Shown here: one piece after another, positions 20,497-29,499 of the stretch
Numbering within the stretch: position 1 is the stretch's first letter
Layout: every line of letters begins with the position of its first letter
Source: Candidatus Latescibacterota bacterium
GTDB taxonomy: Bacteria > Latescibacterota > UBA2968 > GCA-2709665
NCBI GenBank assembly: GCA_965222075.1
Contig: OZ244937.1
Coordinates: 1,792,001 to 1,856,000, forward strand
DNA: 64,000 nucleotides
Direction of reading: 5' to 3'
Translations under genes and position numbers: made by a program
The notes under the pieces: generated by a model
The model's input: the letters and a program-made list of their open reading frames with translations, nothing else
The model's database searches: none
What the model was told of the DNA's origin: nothing

Positions 20497-22737
20497 TTAG
20501 CCTAACGGGTCGCCCTTTCCTCCTCCGACCTCCATAACCGCCGACGTCTCCTGCTGGGTCTTCACCAGCCGGTAGAAGATCCCCTGACGGTCCATCAACT
20601 CCTCGTGTGTCCCTACCTCGGCGACCTTTCCATCGTCGAGCACCACCAGCCGGTCCGCGCTTCGCAGGGTCGACAGCCGGTGTGCGATCGCAAAGGTCGT
20701 CCGCCCCTCCACCAGCCGGGAGATGGCCACCTGGATCTTCTTCTCCGTCTGCGTATCCAGCGAAGAGGTGGCCTCGTCCAGGATCAGGATCCTCGGATCG
20801 TGCAGAATCGCCCGGGCAATGGCGATGCGCTGCTTCTCTCCCCCCGACAGCTTGCCCCCCCGCTCACCCACCTTCGTGTCGTATCCGTCCGGCCTGGCCA
20901 CAATAAACTCGTGGGCCTCTGCCGCGGCCGCAGCCCGCACCACATCGCCAAACGTGGCGCCCGGCTTGCCGTAGGCGATATTCTCCGCAACCGTCCCGTC
21001 AAACAAAAACGGCTCCTGCTGCACCATACCGATCTGAGAGCGGAGGTCCTTCAAGCGGACCTTGCACATATCCACTCCGTCGATCTCAACGCAGCCCCGA
21101 TCCGGATCGTAAAACCGGCAGATCAGATTGATCAGGGTCGATTTTCCCGCGCCGGACTTACCCACCAGCCCGATCATCTCCCCAGGCGCCACCTCCAAGT
21201 CGATCCCCTTGAGCACCGGCTTGCCCGGATCGTATCCAAACACCGTCTCCTGAAACCTCACCCGCCCCTCAATCCGGGGCATCGGCGCTGCGTTTGGGTC
21301 CTCGAACGGCTCGGATTTCGAGTCAATCACTTCGAAGATCCGCTCGGCGCCGGCAAAGGCCCGGAGCATAAAATTGTAGAAGTCGCCGAACCACCTCAGC
21401 GGCCCGTAGAGCATCCAGAGGTAACCGATAAAGGCCATCAGCGCTCCCAGGGTCATCTCGTCCCGCAGGATCTGCCTGCCGCCGAAGTACCAGACGAAGA
21501 AGATCCCGCAGCTCATTAAAAAATTCGTCACCGTAAAAAAGACAAACCACTGCCGTTCGCCGGTCACGCTCACCCCCCTCAGCCCCTCGTTGTTCCGGTC
21601 GAACCGCTCCCCTTCCCGGGCCTCCTGCGAGAATGCCTTTACCACCCGGATGCCCGTAAGCGATTCGTTGAGCTGCGCGTTCAGCCGGGACCACTTGGCC
21701 CCCCAGCGGCTCCAGTGCCGCATCATCCGGTCCCAGATCCGGCCTCCGCCCACCACAATGGGCGGGATGGGGAGCAAAACCCAGAGCGTCAGCTGCCAGT
21801 TGGTCACCAGCAGGAATACGAGAATCCCGGCAAACATGAGCGCATTGGACAACACAAACGGAATATCGACGGTCATGTACTCTTCCAGCTGATCGGAATC
21901 GTTGGTCATCCGGGAAATCAGCGCCCCCACCTTCCGCTTGTCATAAAACCGGATCGGCAGGAACTGGAACTTCCGGTAGAGTTCGGCCCTGACGTCCTGG
22001 ATGGCCCGGTGCCCCAGCCACCGGCTCAGCCACCGGGTGCCAATGCCGGTCACCCAGATCAGAATCTGGATGCCCAGCAGCCCCAGCACCAGCCAGACCA
22101 ACAGCCCCAGGTTCGCCCGGGGAGTCAGCACATCGTCGATAATATACTGCGTCACCTTCGGCGGCAGCAGCCCCAGCACCGCACTGACCAGGGTGAACGC
22201 CACCATCAGCGCCGTCCGACGCTTGTAGACCGTCATATACCTCAAAATACGCCAAAACGTATCCCACTTCTTGATACAGAACGCACAGATCCCGTTCTTC
22301 TCCGGAAGCAACCGGCCGCATTTGGAGCAGCGGACCCGTTCGACCTCCGTTGGCAGCGACAGCGGCTCCCCCTGTGAAAGCTGTCGGATGCCCTCGGCCA
22401 CCTCCGCGAACTTGGGCGCCAGCGACCGCGAATACGGCACGTAGACCGGCGCCCCCCCTCTGCGCTCCAACTCCAGGCAGCCGGCCCCGACCAGATCCTC
22501 CAACTTCACCTCTTTCACCTCGTCAATCGGAACCTCTACCGTGCCGTCCGCGTCTTCTGAAGGGATCACCAGCAGCCGCCGATCCGTTACCACCACCCAC
22601 TGCTCCCCGAACGACCGGTTGTCGGCCAGATCGGTGGCCACCTGGATGAGCACTTCCTCCTCCAGGGGCTTGACCGCCCGCAGCTTCGTATCCACCTCCG
22701 GCGGAAGAGGCTCTTTAAAGGGATGCATCAGACGCAA
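20497..22737 (-). CDS. ABC exporter (TMD+NBD) with N-terminal extension and CXXC-CXXC zinc ribbon
   Basis: GKSGAGKS, LSGGEKQR, LDEATS; CSKC...CAFC. Confidence 0.9.
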   Translation of the reverse strand: MRLMHPFKEPLPPEVDTKLRAVKPLEEEVLIQVATDLADNRSFGEQWVVVTDRRLLVIPSEDADGTVEVPIDEVKEVKLEDLVGAGCLELERRGGAPVYVPYSRSLAPKFAEVAEGIRQLSQGEPLSLPTEVERVRCSKCGRLLPEKNGICAFCIKKWDTFWRILRYMTVYKRRTALMVAFTLVSAVLGLLPPKVTQYIIDDVLTPRANLGLLVWLVLGLLGIQILIWVTGIGTRWLSRWLGHRAIQDVRAELYRKFQFLPIRFYDKRKVGALISRMTNDSDQLEEYMTVDIPFVLSNALMFAGILVFLLVTNWQLTLWVLLPIPPIVVGGGRIWDRMMRHWSRWGAKWSRLNAQLNESLTGIRVVKAFSQEAREGERFDRNNEGLRGVSVTGERQWFVFFTVTNFLMSCGIFFVWYFGGRQILRDEMTLGALMAFIGYLWMLYGPLRWFGDFYNFMLRAFAGAERIFEVIDSKSEPFEDPNAAPMPRIEGRVRFQETVFGYDPGKPVLKGIDLEVAPGEMIGLVGKSGAGKSTLINLICRFYDPDRGCVEIDGVDMCKVRLKDLRSQIGMVQQEPFLFDGTVAENIAYGKPGATFGDVVRAAAAAEAHEFIVARPDGYDTKVGERGGKLSGGEKQRIAIARAILHDPRILILDEATSSLDTQTEKKIQVAISRLVEGRTTFAIAHRLSTLRSADRLVVLDDGKVAEVGTHEELMDRQGIFYRLVKTQQETSAVMEVGGGKGDPLG

Positions 22738-22814
22738 TCTCCGATCGGGACCTGACCCCCTTCCCCCTTTTCTGAGGGGAGCAAGCCCTTATCCCAAAGT
22801 ACGTTATAGGGGGG

Positions 22815-25088
22815 TTATTCCCTCACCCCAATAATCTCCGACACCTCCTGCTGCAGCTTCACCAGGTTGTAAAACGCCCCCTGCCGCTCCATCAGCTCTT
22901 CGTGCGTGCCCACCTCCACGATGCGCCCACCCTCCAGAACCACCAGGCGGTCTGCATTCCGAAGCGTCGACAATCGGTGCGCGATCGCAAACGTCGTCCG
23001 GCCCATCACCAGCTGACCAATTGCCTCCTGGATCTGCAACTCCGTCTGCACGTCTACGGAAGAGGTCGCCTCGTCTAAGATCAGGATCTTCGGATCGTGC
23101 AGGATCGCACGCGCAAGCGACACCCGCTGCTTCTCTCCGCCCGACAGATTGTTGCCACGCTCGCCCACCTGCGTGTCGTAGCCGTCCGGCCTGGCCACGA
23201 TAAAATCGTGCGCCCGCGCTGACATGGCCGCACCTACAATCTCTTCGAAATCCGCCCCGGGCTTCCCATACCCGATGTTCTCTGCAATCGTCCCGCTGAA
23301 CAGGAACGGCTCCTGAAGCACGATCCCGATCTGGGAGCGCAGGTCCTCCAGGCGGACCTTCCGGATATCCACCCCATCGATCTCGATGCCGCCCCGGTCC
23401 ACATCGTAGAACCGGCAGATCAGGTTCACCGTCGTCGTCTTGCCCACCCCCGATTTGCCCACCAGCCCGATCATCTCTCCCGGCGCCACCTCTAAGTCGA
23501 TTTCGTAGAGCACCGGCTTGCTCTTGTCGTATCCAAACGTCACCTCCCGGAATCTCACATGCCCTTTCATGTCGGACATCGACGCCGCGTCCGGGTCCTG
23601 GTAGGCCTCCGGCGGGGTGTCCAGCACTTCAAAGATCCGCTCGGCGCCGACAAAGGCCCGGATCATCCAGCTGTTGACCATCCCGAACCACTCCAGAGGG
23701 CCGTAGAGCAGCCACATATAGTTGTAGAACGCCAGCAGCGTGCCCAGCGTCAGCGTGCCCCCGATGACCTCCTGCCCGCCGAACATCCAGACGATCAACA
23801 CCCCCAGGCCGGTCAGAAAGCTCATCGTGGTAAAGAAGACCGCCCGGTTGACCTCCGACCGCACCGCCGCCCGGGTCAGGTTGGCGTTATGCGCCTCGAA
23901 CACTTCGACCTCCCGGTCCTCCTGCGCAAACGCCTTCACCACCCGGATGCCGGAAAGAACCTCGTTGACCCGGGCCATCCAGATCGACCAGGCCTGCATC
24001 CACTTGGTGAAAAAGAGCCGCATCCGCTTCCAGAATATGCGCCCCCAGGCCAGAATCAGCGGAATCGGCAGCAGCACGTAGAGCGTCAACTGCCAGCTCA
24101 TGACCAACAGCACCACCAGGATGCCCAGCAGCAGCAGTCCGTTGATCACCAGATAGGGCAGCCCATCCACCAGAAAATCCTGCAGGCGGTCGCTGTCCCG
24201 CGTCACCCGGGACATCACCGCGCCCACCTTCCGCTTGTCGTAGAACTGCAGCGAGAGCAGCTCCAGCCGCCTGTAGAGCTGGCTGCGGATATCGGTCGTT
24301 ACCCGCGCGCCCAGCCAGGTGATCGTCCAGCCGTGCAGCCACTCCGCCCCCCATGTCAGCAGCCGCACCCCCACCAGCACCAGCACCAGCAGCCCCAGCA
24401 GCCCCACCCGGTCCACGCCCTCCAAAGACACTCCCTCAGGTGGCACCAGCACCCCGTCCACAATCCGCCTGGTAATCAGCGGCGGTATCAGCTCGGCCAC
24501 CGTCGTCAGGATCGATGCGAACGCCAGCAGGGCCGTGCGTCCTTTGTAGGGACTCAGATATTTCGCAATCCGCCCCAGCACGGCCAGCTTCCGGATGCAG
24601 GCCGGGCAGATCCCGTCCTTCTCGGGCAGAAGCCGGCCGCATTTTTCACACCGCGTCCGTTCCAGCTTCGACCGGATCAGAAGAGGCTCGGCCTTCCGGA
24701 GCTGCTCGATCCCCCGGGCCACCTCGGAAAACTTCAGCGCCTGGGTGTGTGAGTAGGGCACGGTGACCGTGGGCCGGTCCTTCCGCTCGATCTCCAACCG
24801 CGCGCCCCCCACCAGCGGCTCGGTGCGGGCCAGGGTCACCTCCTCGATCGGGACCTCCACGACGCCCCTTCCATTCCCACCTGCCTGCGCGGCGCTGTCG
24901 CACCGCGCTGCAGGCAGGTCGGAAAAGACCAGAATACGCTTCCCCGTCACCACCACCCACTGCGTGCCGTAGTCTCCCCGGGCGTCTAAGTCCGAAGACA
25001 CCCGGATCAGCTCCTCCTCGTCTCCCGGAAGCATCGCTTCAAGCATCGCTTCAAGCCCGTTGGCCGCCGGTTCCAGCAATCGGTTCAC
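22815..25088 (-). CDS. ABC exporter (TMD+NBD), tandem paralog of the adjacent gene
   Basis: GKSGVGKT, LSGGEKQR; CEKC...CPAC. Confidence 0.9.
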   Translation of the reverse strand: MNRLLEPAANGLEAMLEAMLPGDEEELIRVSSDLDARGDYGTQWVVVTGKRILVFSDLPAARCDSAAQAGGNGRGVVEVPIEEVTLARTEPLVGGARLEIERKDRPTVTVPYSHTQALKFSEVARGIEQLRKAEPLLIRSKLERTRCEKCGRLLPEKDGICPACIRKLAVLGRIAKYLSPYKGRTALLAFASILTTVAELIPPLITRRIVDGVLVPPEGVSLEGVDRVGLLGLLVLVLVGVRLLTWGAEWLHGWTITWLGARVTTDIRSQLYRRLELLSLQFYDKRKVGAVMSRVTRDSDRLQDFLVDGLPYLVINGLLLLGILVVLLVMSWQLTLYVLLPIPLILAWGRIFWKRMRLFFTKWMQAWSIWMARVNEVLSGIRVVKAFAQEDREVEVFEAHNANLTRAAVRSEVNRAVFFTTMSFLTGLGVLIVWMFGGQEVIGGTLTLGTLLAFYNYMWLLYGPLEWFGMVNSWMIRAFVGAERIFEVLDTPPEAYQDPDAASMSDMKGHVRFREVTFGYDKSKPVLYEIDLEVAPGEMIGLVGKSGVGKTTTVNLICRFYDVDRGGIEIDGVDIRKVRLEDLRSQIGIVLQEPFLFSGTIAENIGYGKPGADFEEIVGAAMSARAHDFIVARPDGYDTQVGERGNNLSGGEKQRVSLARAILHDPKILILDEATSSVDVQTELQIQEAIGQLVMGRTTFAIAHRLSTLRNADRLVVLEGGRIVEVGTHEELMERQGAFYNLVKLQQEVSEIIGVRE

Positions 25089-25252
25089 ACCAAAATCCTC
25101 CGTCCGTGTCTTTATCTATCGGACTTACGTCGTCCCCTTCGTGTTTCAGATTTCAGCAATGATCGCCCACAAAAAATCACGGCATCCCTCCGGCGCCGTG
25201 GAATGATAAGTCGTTAAAATACAACTCAGGGAGTGGGAAGAACCCCCATGCC

Positions 25253-26155
25253 TCAGGTCAGCTGCGCCCAGTCGCCCCCCACCTCGTCGAACCGCCTGCA
25301 GAACTCCGCCACCACCTCGTCTGCAATGGGCATCTCGTTCTCCAAGAGCCGGATATTGTCCACCAGGTGCTCGGGATTGGTCGTCCCCACCAGGGCGACG
25401 TCGATCTCGGAGCGGGCAAGCGTAAAGCCGAGCGCCGTAAGAATCCGATTCTCGGGTGCACCGGGAATCGGGCCGAGGGACATCACCTTCTCAACCCGCT
25501 CGTAAATCTTCGAAAACTGCACCGTCGTACCGGCTGTTTCCGTTGAGCCGCCCCAGGTCCCATTGGCGATGGTCCGCTTCACGATAACCCCCACATTCGC
25601 CTCGCGCGCATGCGGAAACAGCCTTGTGCGGGCGCGTTGATCCACCACATTGAAACTCGTCTGAAGCGTATCGAACAGACCGCTGTCAACCGCCCACCTG
25701 GCCGCCTCATTGTCGCCGCTGTACCCCACAAAGCGCGTCTTCCCCGCGTCCCGGGCTTCCAGCAACGCACCGATCACCTCGCCCCGCTCCAGCACGTCCA
25801 CATCGCATGAATGGATCTGCACCAGGTCTACGTAGTCCGTCCGAAGCCTTTGCAGGCTGCGGTCGATGTGTTCCCTGACCGTCTCGGCGGTCCAGGGCAC
25901 TTCCGCGGCCCAGTGCCCGCACTTGGTCGCCAGGACGCATTCGCTGCGGCGGTGCGAAACCGCCCGGCCGATCAGCTCCTCACTGTTGCGATAACTCGCC
26001 GCGGTATCCAAAAAGTTGATCCCGTTATCCAGCGCAGCATGGATCAGCGCGTCCACCCTGTCCACGTCGTCCAGTGAGAAGGCGCCGATCTGGGCCAGCC
26101 CAAGCCCCAGGCGGCTGACCTCAAGCCCTGTTTTTCCCAGAACCCTGCGTTCCAT
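25253..26155 (-). CDS. Aldo/keto reductase
   Basis: MERRVLGKTGLEVSRLGLG, FLDTAASY, SLQRLRTDYVDLVQIH; the listed N-terminal extension overlaps the next gene and is discounted. Confidence 0.9.
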   Translation of the reverse strand: MERRVLGKTGLEVSRLGLGLAQIGAFSLDDVDRVDALIHAALDNGINFLDTAASYRNSEELIGRAVSHRRSECVLATKCGHWAAEVPWTAETVREHIDRSLQRLRTDYVDLVQIHSCDVDVLERGEVIGALLEARDAGKTRFVGYSGDNEAARWAVDSGLFDTLQTSFNVVDQRARTRLFPHAREANVGVIVKRTIANGTWGGSTETAGTTVQFSKIYERVEKVMSLGPIPGAPENRILTALGFTLARSEIDVALVGTTNPEHLVDNIRLLENEMPIADEVVAEFCRRFDEVGGDWAQLT

Positions 26156-26193
26156 ATTGCCCTCCCTTTCATAAACCCTGTATTCCGCCTTTC

Positions 26194-26838
26194 CTACCTC
26201 ACCAGTTCCACCGTCCCCCACAGGCTGGGATCGTACGACACCGGCAACGGCTCGTCCGCGGTCCAGAACTGGCGGCCCAACTTCCGGTCCTTCAGCAGAT
26301 ACGTAAACCCCAGACGGTTGTTCTCCTCCGGGTCGAACCCCCGAAGCGCCTCCGCCGGCAGGTGGATTTCCATCCGGTACCCGGTCCGGGTCACCTTCGA
26401 CGCCACCCCGAGCCGGCGCGGATCGCACGGTTTCCCCTGCGCTCTCGCCCGCCGGATGCGCGCCTGTCCCCCCACCGGCTTCCGGCTCCCCCTTCCCGGC
26501 AGAAAATAGAAATGATGGCAATACCGGCTGGCCCGGTGGGCGTCCCGTACATCCCGCGTATCCACCCAGATCTCCAGCCCATCCCCTTTCAACGGCCGCT
26601 CCGTCTGCACATCCATCCCCGCCGCCTTCCGGACGTGGACTGCAAAATACAGCCCCGCGTCGTTCCAGGCCATATAAAAATCTGCAAACGGCTTCCCCCC
26701 CTCCACCTCCATCAGATCGGGCACCCGAAATCCCTCGTCCCAGTCTTTCAGGTCTCCATCCAGCACCGGAGCGTCTGCCCGGAAAGGGCACGCGAAGGCG
26801 AAGTTAAAAAAGGCGCGTTTTGGGATCGACAGTTTCAT
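26194..26838 (-). CDS. CBM9/DOMON-like sugar-binding domain protein
   Basis: LDGDLKDW, YMAWNDAGLYFAV, GDGLEIWVD, YRMEIHLP, PSLWG. Confidence 0.65.
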   Translation of the reverse strand: MKLSIPKRAFFNFAFACPFRADAPVLDGDLKDWDEGFRVPDLMEVEGGKPFADFYMAWNDAGLYFAVHVRKAAGMDVQTERPLKGDGLEIWVDTRDVRDAHRASRYCHHFYFLPGRGSRKPVGGQARIRRARAQGKPCDPRRLGVASKVTRTGYRMEIHLPAEALRGFDPEENNRLGFTYLLKDRKLGRQFWTADEPLPVSYDPSLWGTVELVR

Positions 26839-26853
26839 AGGGCCGGCTCCTCG

Positions 26854-28074
26854 TCAGTCGCGCTTAGCTCCCAAATCTTCGTCTTCGCGGATCAGATTGC
26901 CGGCCTCGTGTGTAATCCCCGAGTTTTCCATCACATTGCCACGGATCAGAATCGGTCGGTTGGTGCCGGTCTGGTCGTTCACAATCAGTTCAACGTTTTT
27001 GAAATGGTTGCCGGTGACCGCCATGCCGGCGCCTGTGAGCCACAAAGGAAGGCGCTCTTCCCCGTCGTGCCCCCGGATCACATTCCCCGTCACAGACGTG
27101 TCGAAGCCCCGCACATCCATCGCCAGCCCCAGCTGGCCGCCGCCATCCACAACGACGATATTATTGGCGATGACATGCCGTTCGGAATCGGCCCAGGAGC
27201 GGAAGGCGATATCCAGATCCCCATTCTCCCTCACGTGGACGATGTTGTTGGACATCACGATCGAATTCCCGGCATCGGACCCGACCGCAACATGCGTGCG
27301 CCCGGTGATCTCCACGTAGTTCCCCATAACGAACCCGGGACCGGTCAGAAGCTCGACCGCATCCGACATCGCGTTGCCCAGACGATTGTTGACCACCCGC
27401 AGGTTGCGGCCCTGGAGCATAATGCCAAGACGCTGGGCATTGAGAACGGTACAGTTCTCGATCGTGATATCATGGTTGGGCTCGGGACAGGATCCGCCCG
27501 GTTCGGCGCAGAATGCCTTGATGCCGCAATACTCAAACCGCCCGTGCGAGATATTGCGAAACTCGGCCCCGTTGTAAGGATTCTGGTCCCGGTTCTGGTC
27601 CACCCAGAGGTCGCGAATCGTGATATTGCCCACGCCATTGCCGATGATGCGGATCACATTCGTATTCTGATTCGGGGCCAGAATCAACCGTGTGGCCGAG
27701 CCCTGGCCGGCCAGGGTCACATCGCTGCGGTCGATGATCAGCCCGCCCAGCTTTCCCTCCACCTTGCGGATGTCGTAGACGCCCTCCATGAGTGTCACGG
27801 TACCGCCGACCGGCGGAAGGGCTTTGATCGCGGCGTAAATCTCCTCCTGATCCCCAACGCCGTCGCCCACAAAATCGGCAGCGGCCTTCGACTTCTCCGA
27901 TGAATTCTCCGTTGCGACAATCATCGTTCTTCCCTGTGTCTGAGATGAAAAACTGAGGATGGAAGAAAGTGCCACGACCAGGACTGCCGTCTTTGTCCAT
28001 CCGGGATGCCCATGTTCAGACCGTTTCGCACAGGCCACTTTTCCATGATCCGAAATCAATCTTACCCCTCGCAT
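26854..28074 (-). CDS. Secreted right-handed parallel beta-helix protein (pectin-lyase-like fold)
   Basis: GGTVTLMEGVY, ITIENCTV and repeated I.NN.V rungs; hydrophobic signal segment. Confidence 0.7.
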   Translation of the reverse strand: MRGVRLISDHGKVACAKRSEHGHPGWTKTAVLVVALSSILSFSSQTQGRTMIVATENSSEKSKAAADFVGDGVGDQEEIYAAIKALPPVGGTVTLMEGVYDIRKVEGKLGGLIIDRSDVTLAGQGSATRLILAPNQNTNVIRIIGNGVGNITIRDLWVDQNRDQNPYNGAEFRNISHGRFEYCGIKAFCAEPGGSCPEPNHDITIENCTVLNAQRLGIMLQGRNLRVVNNRLGNAMSDAVELLTGPGFVMGNYVEITGRTHVAVGSDAGNSIVMSNNIVHVRENGDLDIAFRSWADSERHVIANNIVVVDGGGQLGLAMDVRGFDTSVTGNVIRGHDGEERLPLWLTGAGMAVTGNHFKNVELIVNDQTGTNRPILIRGNVMENSGITHEAGNLIREDEDLGAKRD

Positions 28075-28078
28075 TCCT

Positions 28079-29149
28079 CTACCTCTTCTTCAAACAGAAC
28101 AGATATTCCTCCACGCGGTCTGCCTTATAAACCCGGTTCTCCCGGTCCGTATCCGCCCGAAAACGCTGGTAATCCCGTATCACCACATCCACCTCACCGT
28201 ATTGACCGATCATTTGCAAAATCTCATCCTTAGCCATAATCCCCTCACTGTTATAGCTGAGGAATACATACCGTGCCGATGTCTTTTTAACCATATCCTC
28301 AAGTGCGGGTAACGCCCGTTTTTTCGTACAGAAATCTGACTTCTGTCCATCGTACGGCCTCAATCCGGTCACGCCTTTCAAGTCCGGGTCGTCGTACCGG
28401 GCAATTGTCTCCAGCACGTGGTAATTCGCACAGTACTGGCGCTGATTATAGGGAGGATCCATATAGAGCACGTCACAAAATAGACGCTCAACCAGCTGTT
28501 GCCCATTCTCATTGTATACTTCGTGGTCCTCATCGCTCCGGACAATTGCAGGCCGCTCCAGATGCAGGGGCTTCATCGCGCTTTTCTTGATATGCTTCAA
28601 AAATGCCCCATAAACCGACGCCGTATTTGCAACCTTATCCACCGCGTCAATCAAGCTCGCCAGAAGGTAAAAGTACTCATCCTCCGTCAGCTTTCCTTCC
28701 TCTCGCCACACCTCAATCTGCATCCGGACCGCGTCGCACCGTTTGCCGTTCTCGTCCGAGAAATACTGGCGTTTGAACGCTGAGCCTGCCGTCCCGCCCG
28801 GGCAATAATTGCGATAGACGAACCCGGCTTTTCCTTTCAGCGTATTGAGGTGTTCCAGCACAACATCGATAGCATCGTAAAACAGTGCCGTCCGAATGAC
28901 TTTTAATTCCTTGAGAATCCCAGAAAATTCCGGCACCTTATTCATCCTCACAAGCGCCCGGTTGAGACAATAGGCATAATACTGGATGTCGTTGGCGACA
29001 ATTCGGAACCCCTGCTGTTTGAAGTGCCACCCCACAATCCCGGTGCCTGCAAAAAGGTCCAAAAACACCCGGCTGTCGGAATCAACCTTTTTCAGAATAC
29101 CCTTTTCGAGAAAGTGAAGGAGGGAATATTTGCTTCCAATATAATTCAT
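28079..29149 (-). CDS. DNA adenine methyltransferase (alpha/D12 class), orphan
   Basis: MNYIGSK, DLFAGTG (motif I), YMDPPYN (motif IV). Confidence 0.9.
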   Translation of the reverse strand: MNYIGSKYSLLHFLEKGILKKVDSDSRVFLDLFAGTGIVGWHFKQQGFRIVANDIQYYAYCLNRALVRMNKVPEFSGILKELKVIRTALFYDAIDVVLEHLNTLKGKAGFVYRNYCPGGTAGSAFKRQYFSDENGKRCDAVRMQIEVWREEGKLTEDEYFYLLASLIDAVDKVANTASVYGAFLKHIKKSAMKPLHLERPAIVRSDEDHEVYNENGQQLVERLFCDVLYMDPPYNQRQYCANYHVLETIARYDDPDLKGVTGLRPYDGQKSDFCTKKRALPALEDMVKKTSARYVFLSYNSEGIMAKDEILQMIGQYGEVDVVIRDYQRFRADTDRENRVYKADRVEEYLFCLKKR

Positions 29150-29199
29150 GCATCCCTTTCAGAACACCATTTGTTGATCCTGCTGCTGCTTAGAAAATA

Positions 29200-29490
29200 A
29201 CCTTTCTTTTGTTCTTGGCCTTTTTCTTGCACGCCCAAGAAAAAGGCCGAAAAAGAAGGGCGCCGCTCAGACGCCGCGGGGGCTGCTTTTCCGCGAATTG
29301 CCCCTGTGGTGTAAGCAGGCGTTTGTGCCCTGCGGACCTTTGGGGCGTTTTTGGGCGCAGGTGCTGGGGGGATCTGCGCGGAAAAGCCCCTTCACCCCGC
29401 ACCAAACCGGGGGAGTCGGCAAGCCAGGCGCGCCGGTGGGGGGATCGCAGAGGCGAAACGCGTGAGCACAGGGCCAAATTTTCGCATTTT
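29200..29490. repeat. Structured intergenic element with long inverted repeats
   Basis: GGCCTTTTTCTTG (29217-29229)/CAAGAAAAAGGCC (29236-29248); GCTTTTCCGCG (29285-29295)/CGCGGAAAAGC (29377-29387). Confidence 0.5.
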
Positions 29491-29499
29491 TTGAAAAGA

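Noticed and set aside
26156-26791. N-terminal extension making a 512-aa aldo/keto reductase fusion
   Set aside because: It overlaps the 26194-26838 gene in another frame, and a good SD precedes ATG 26155.
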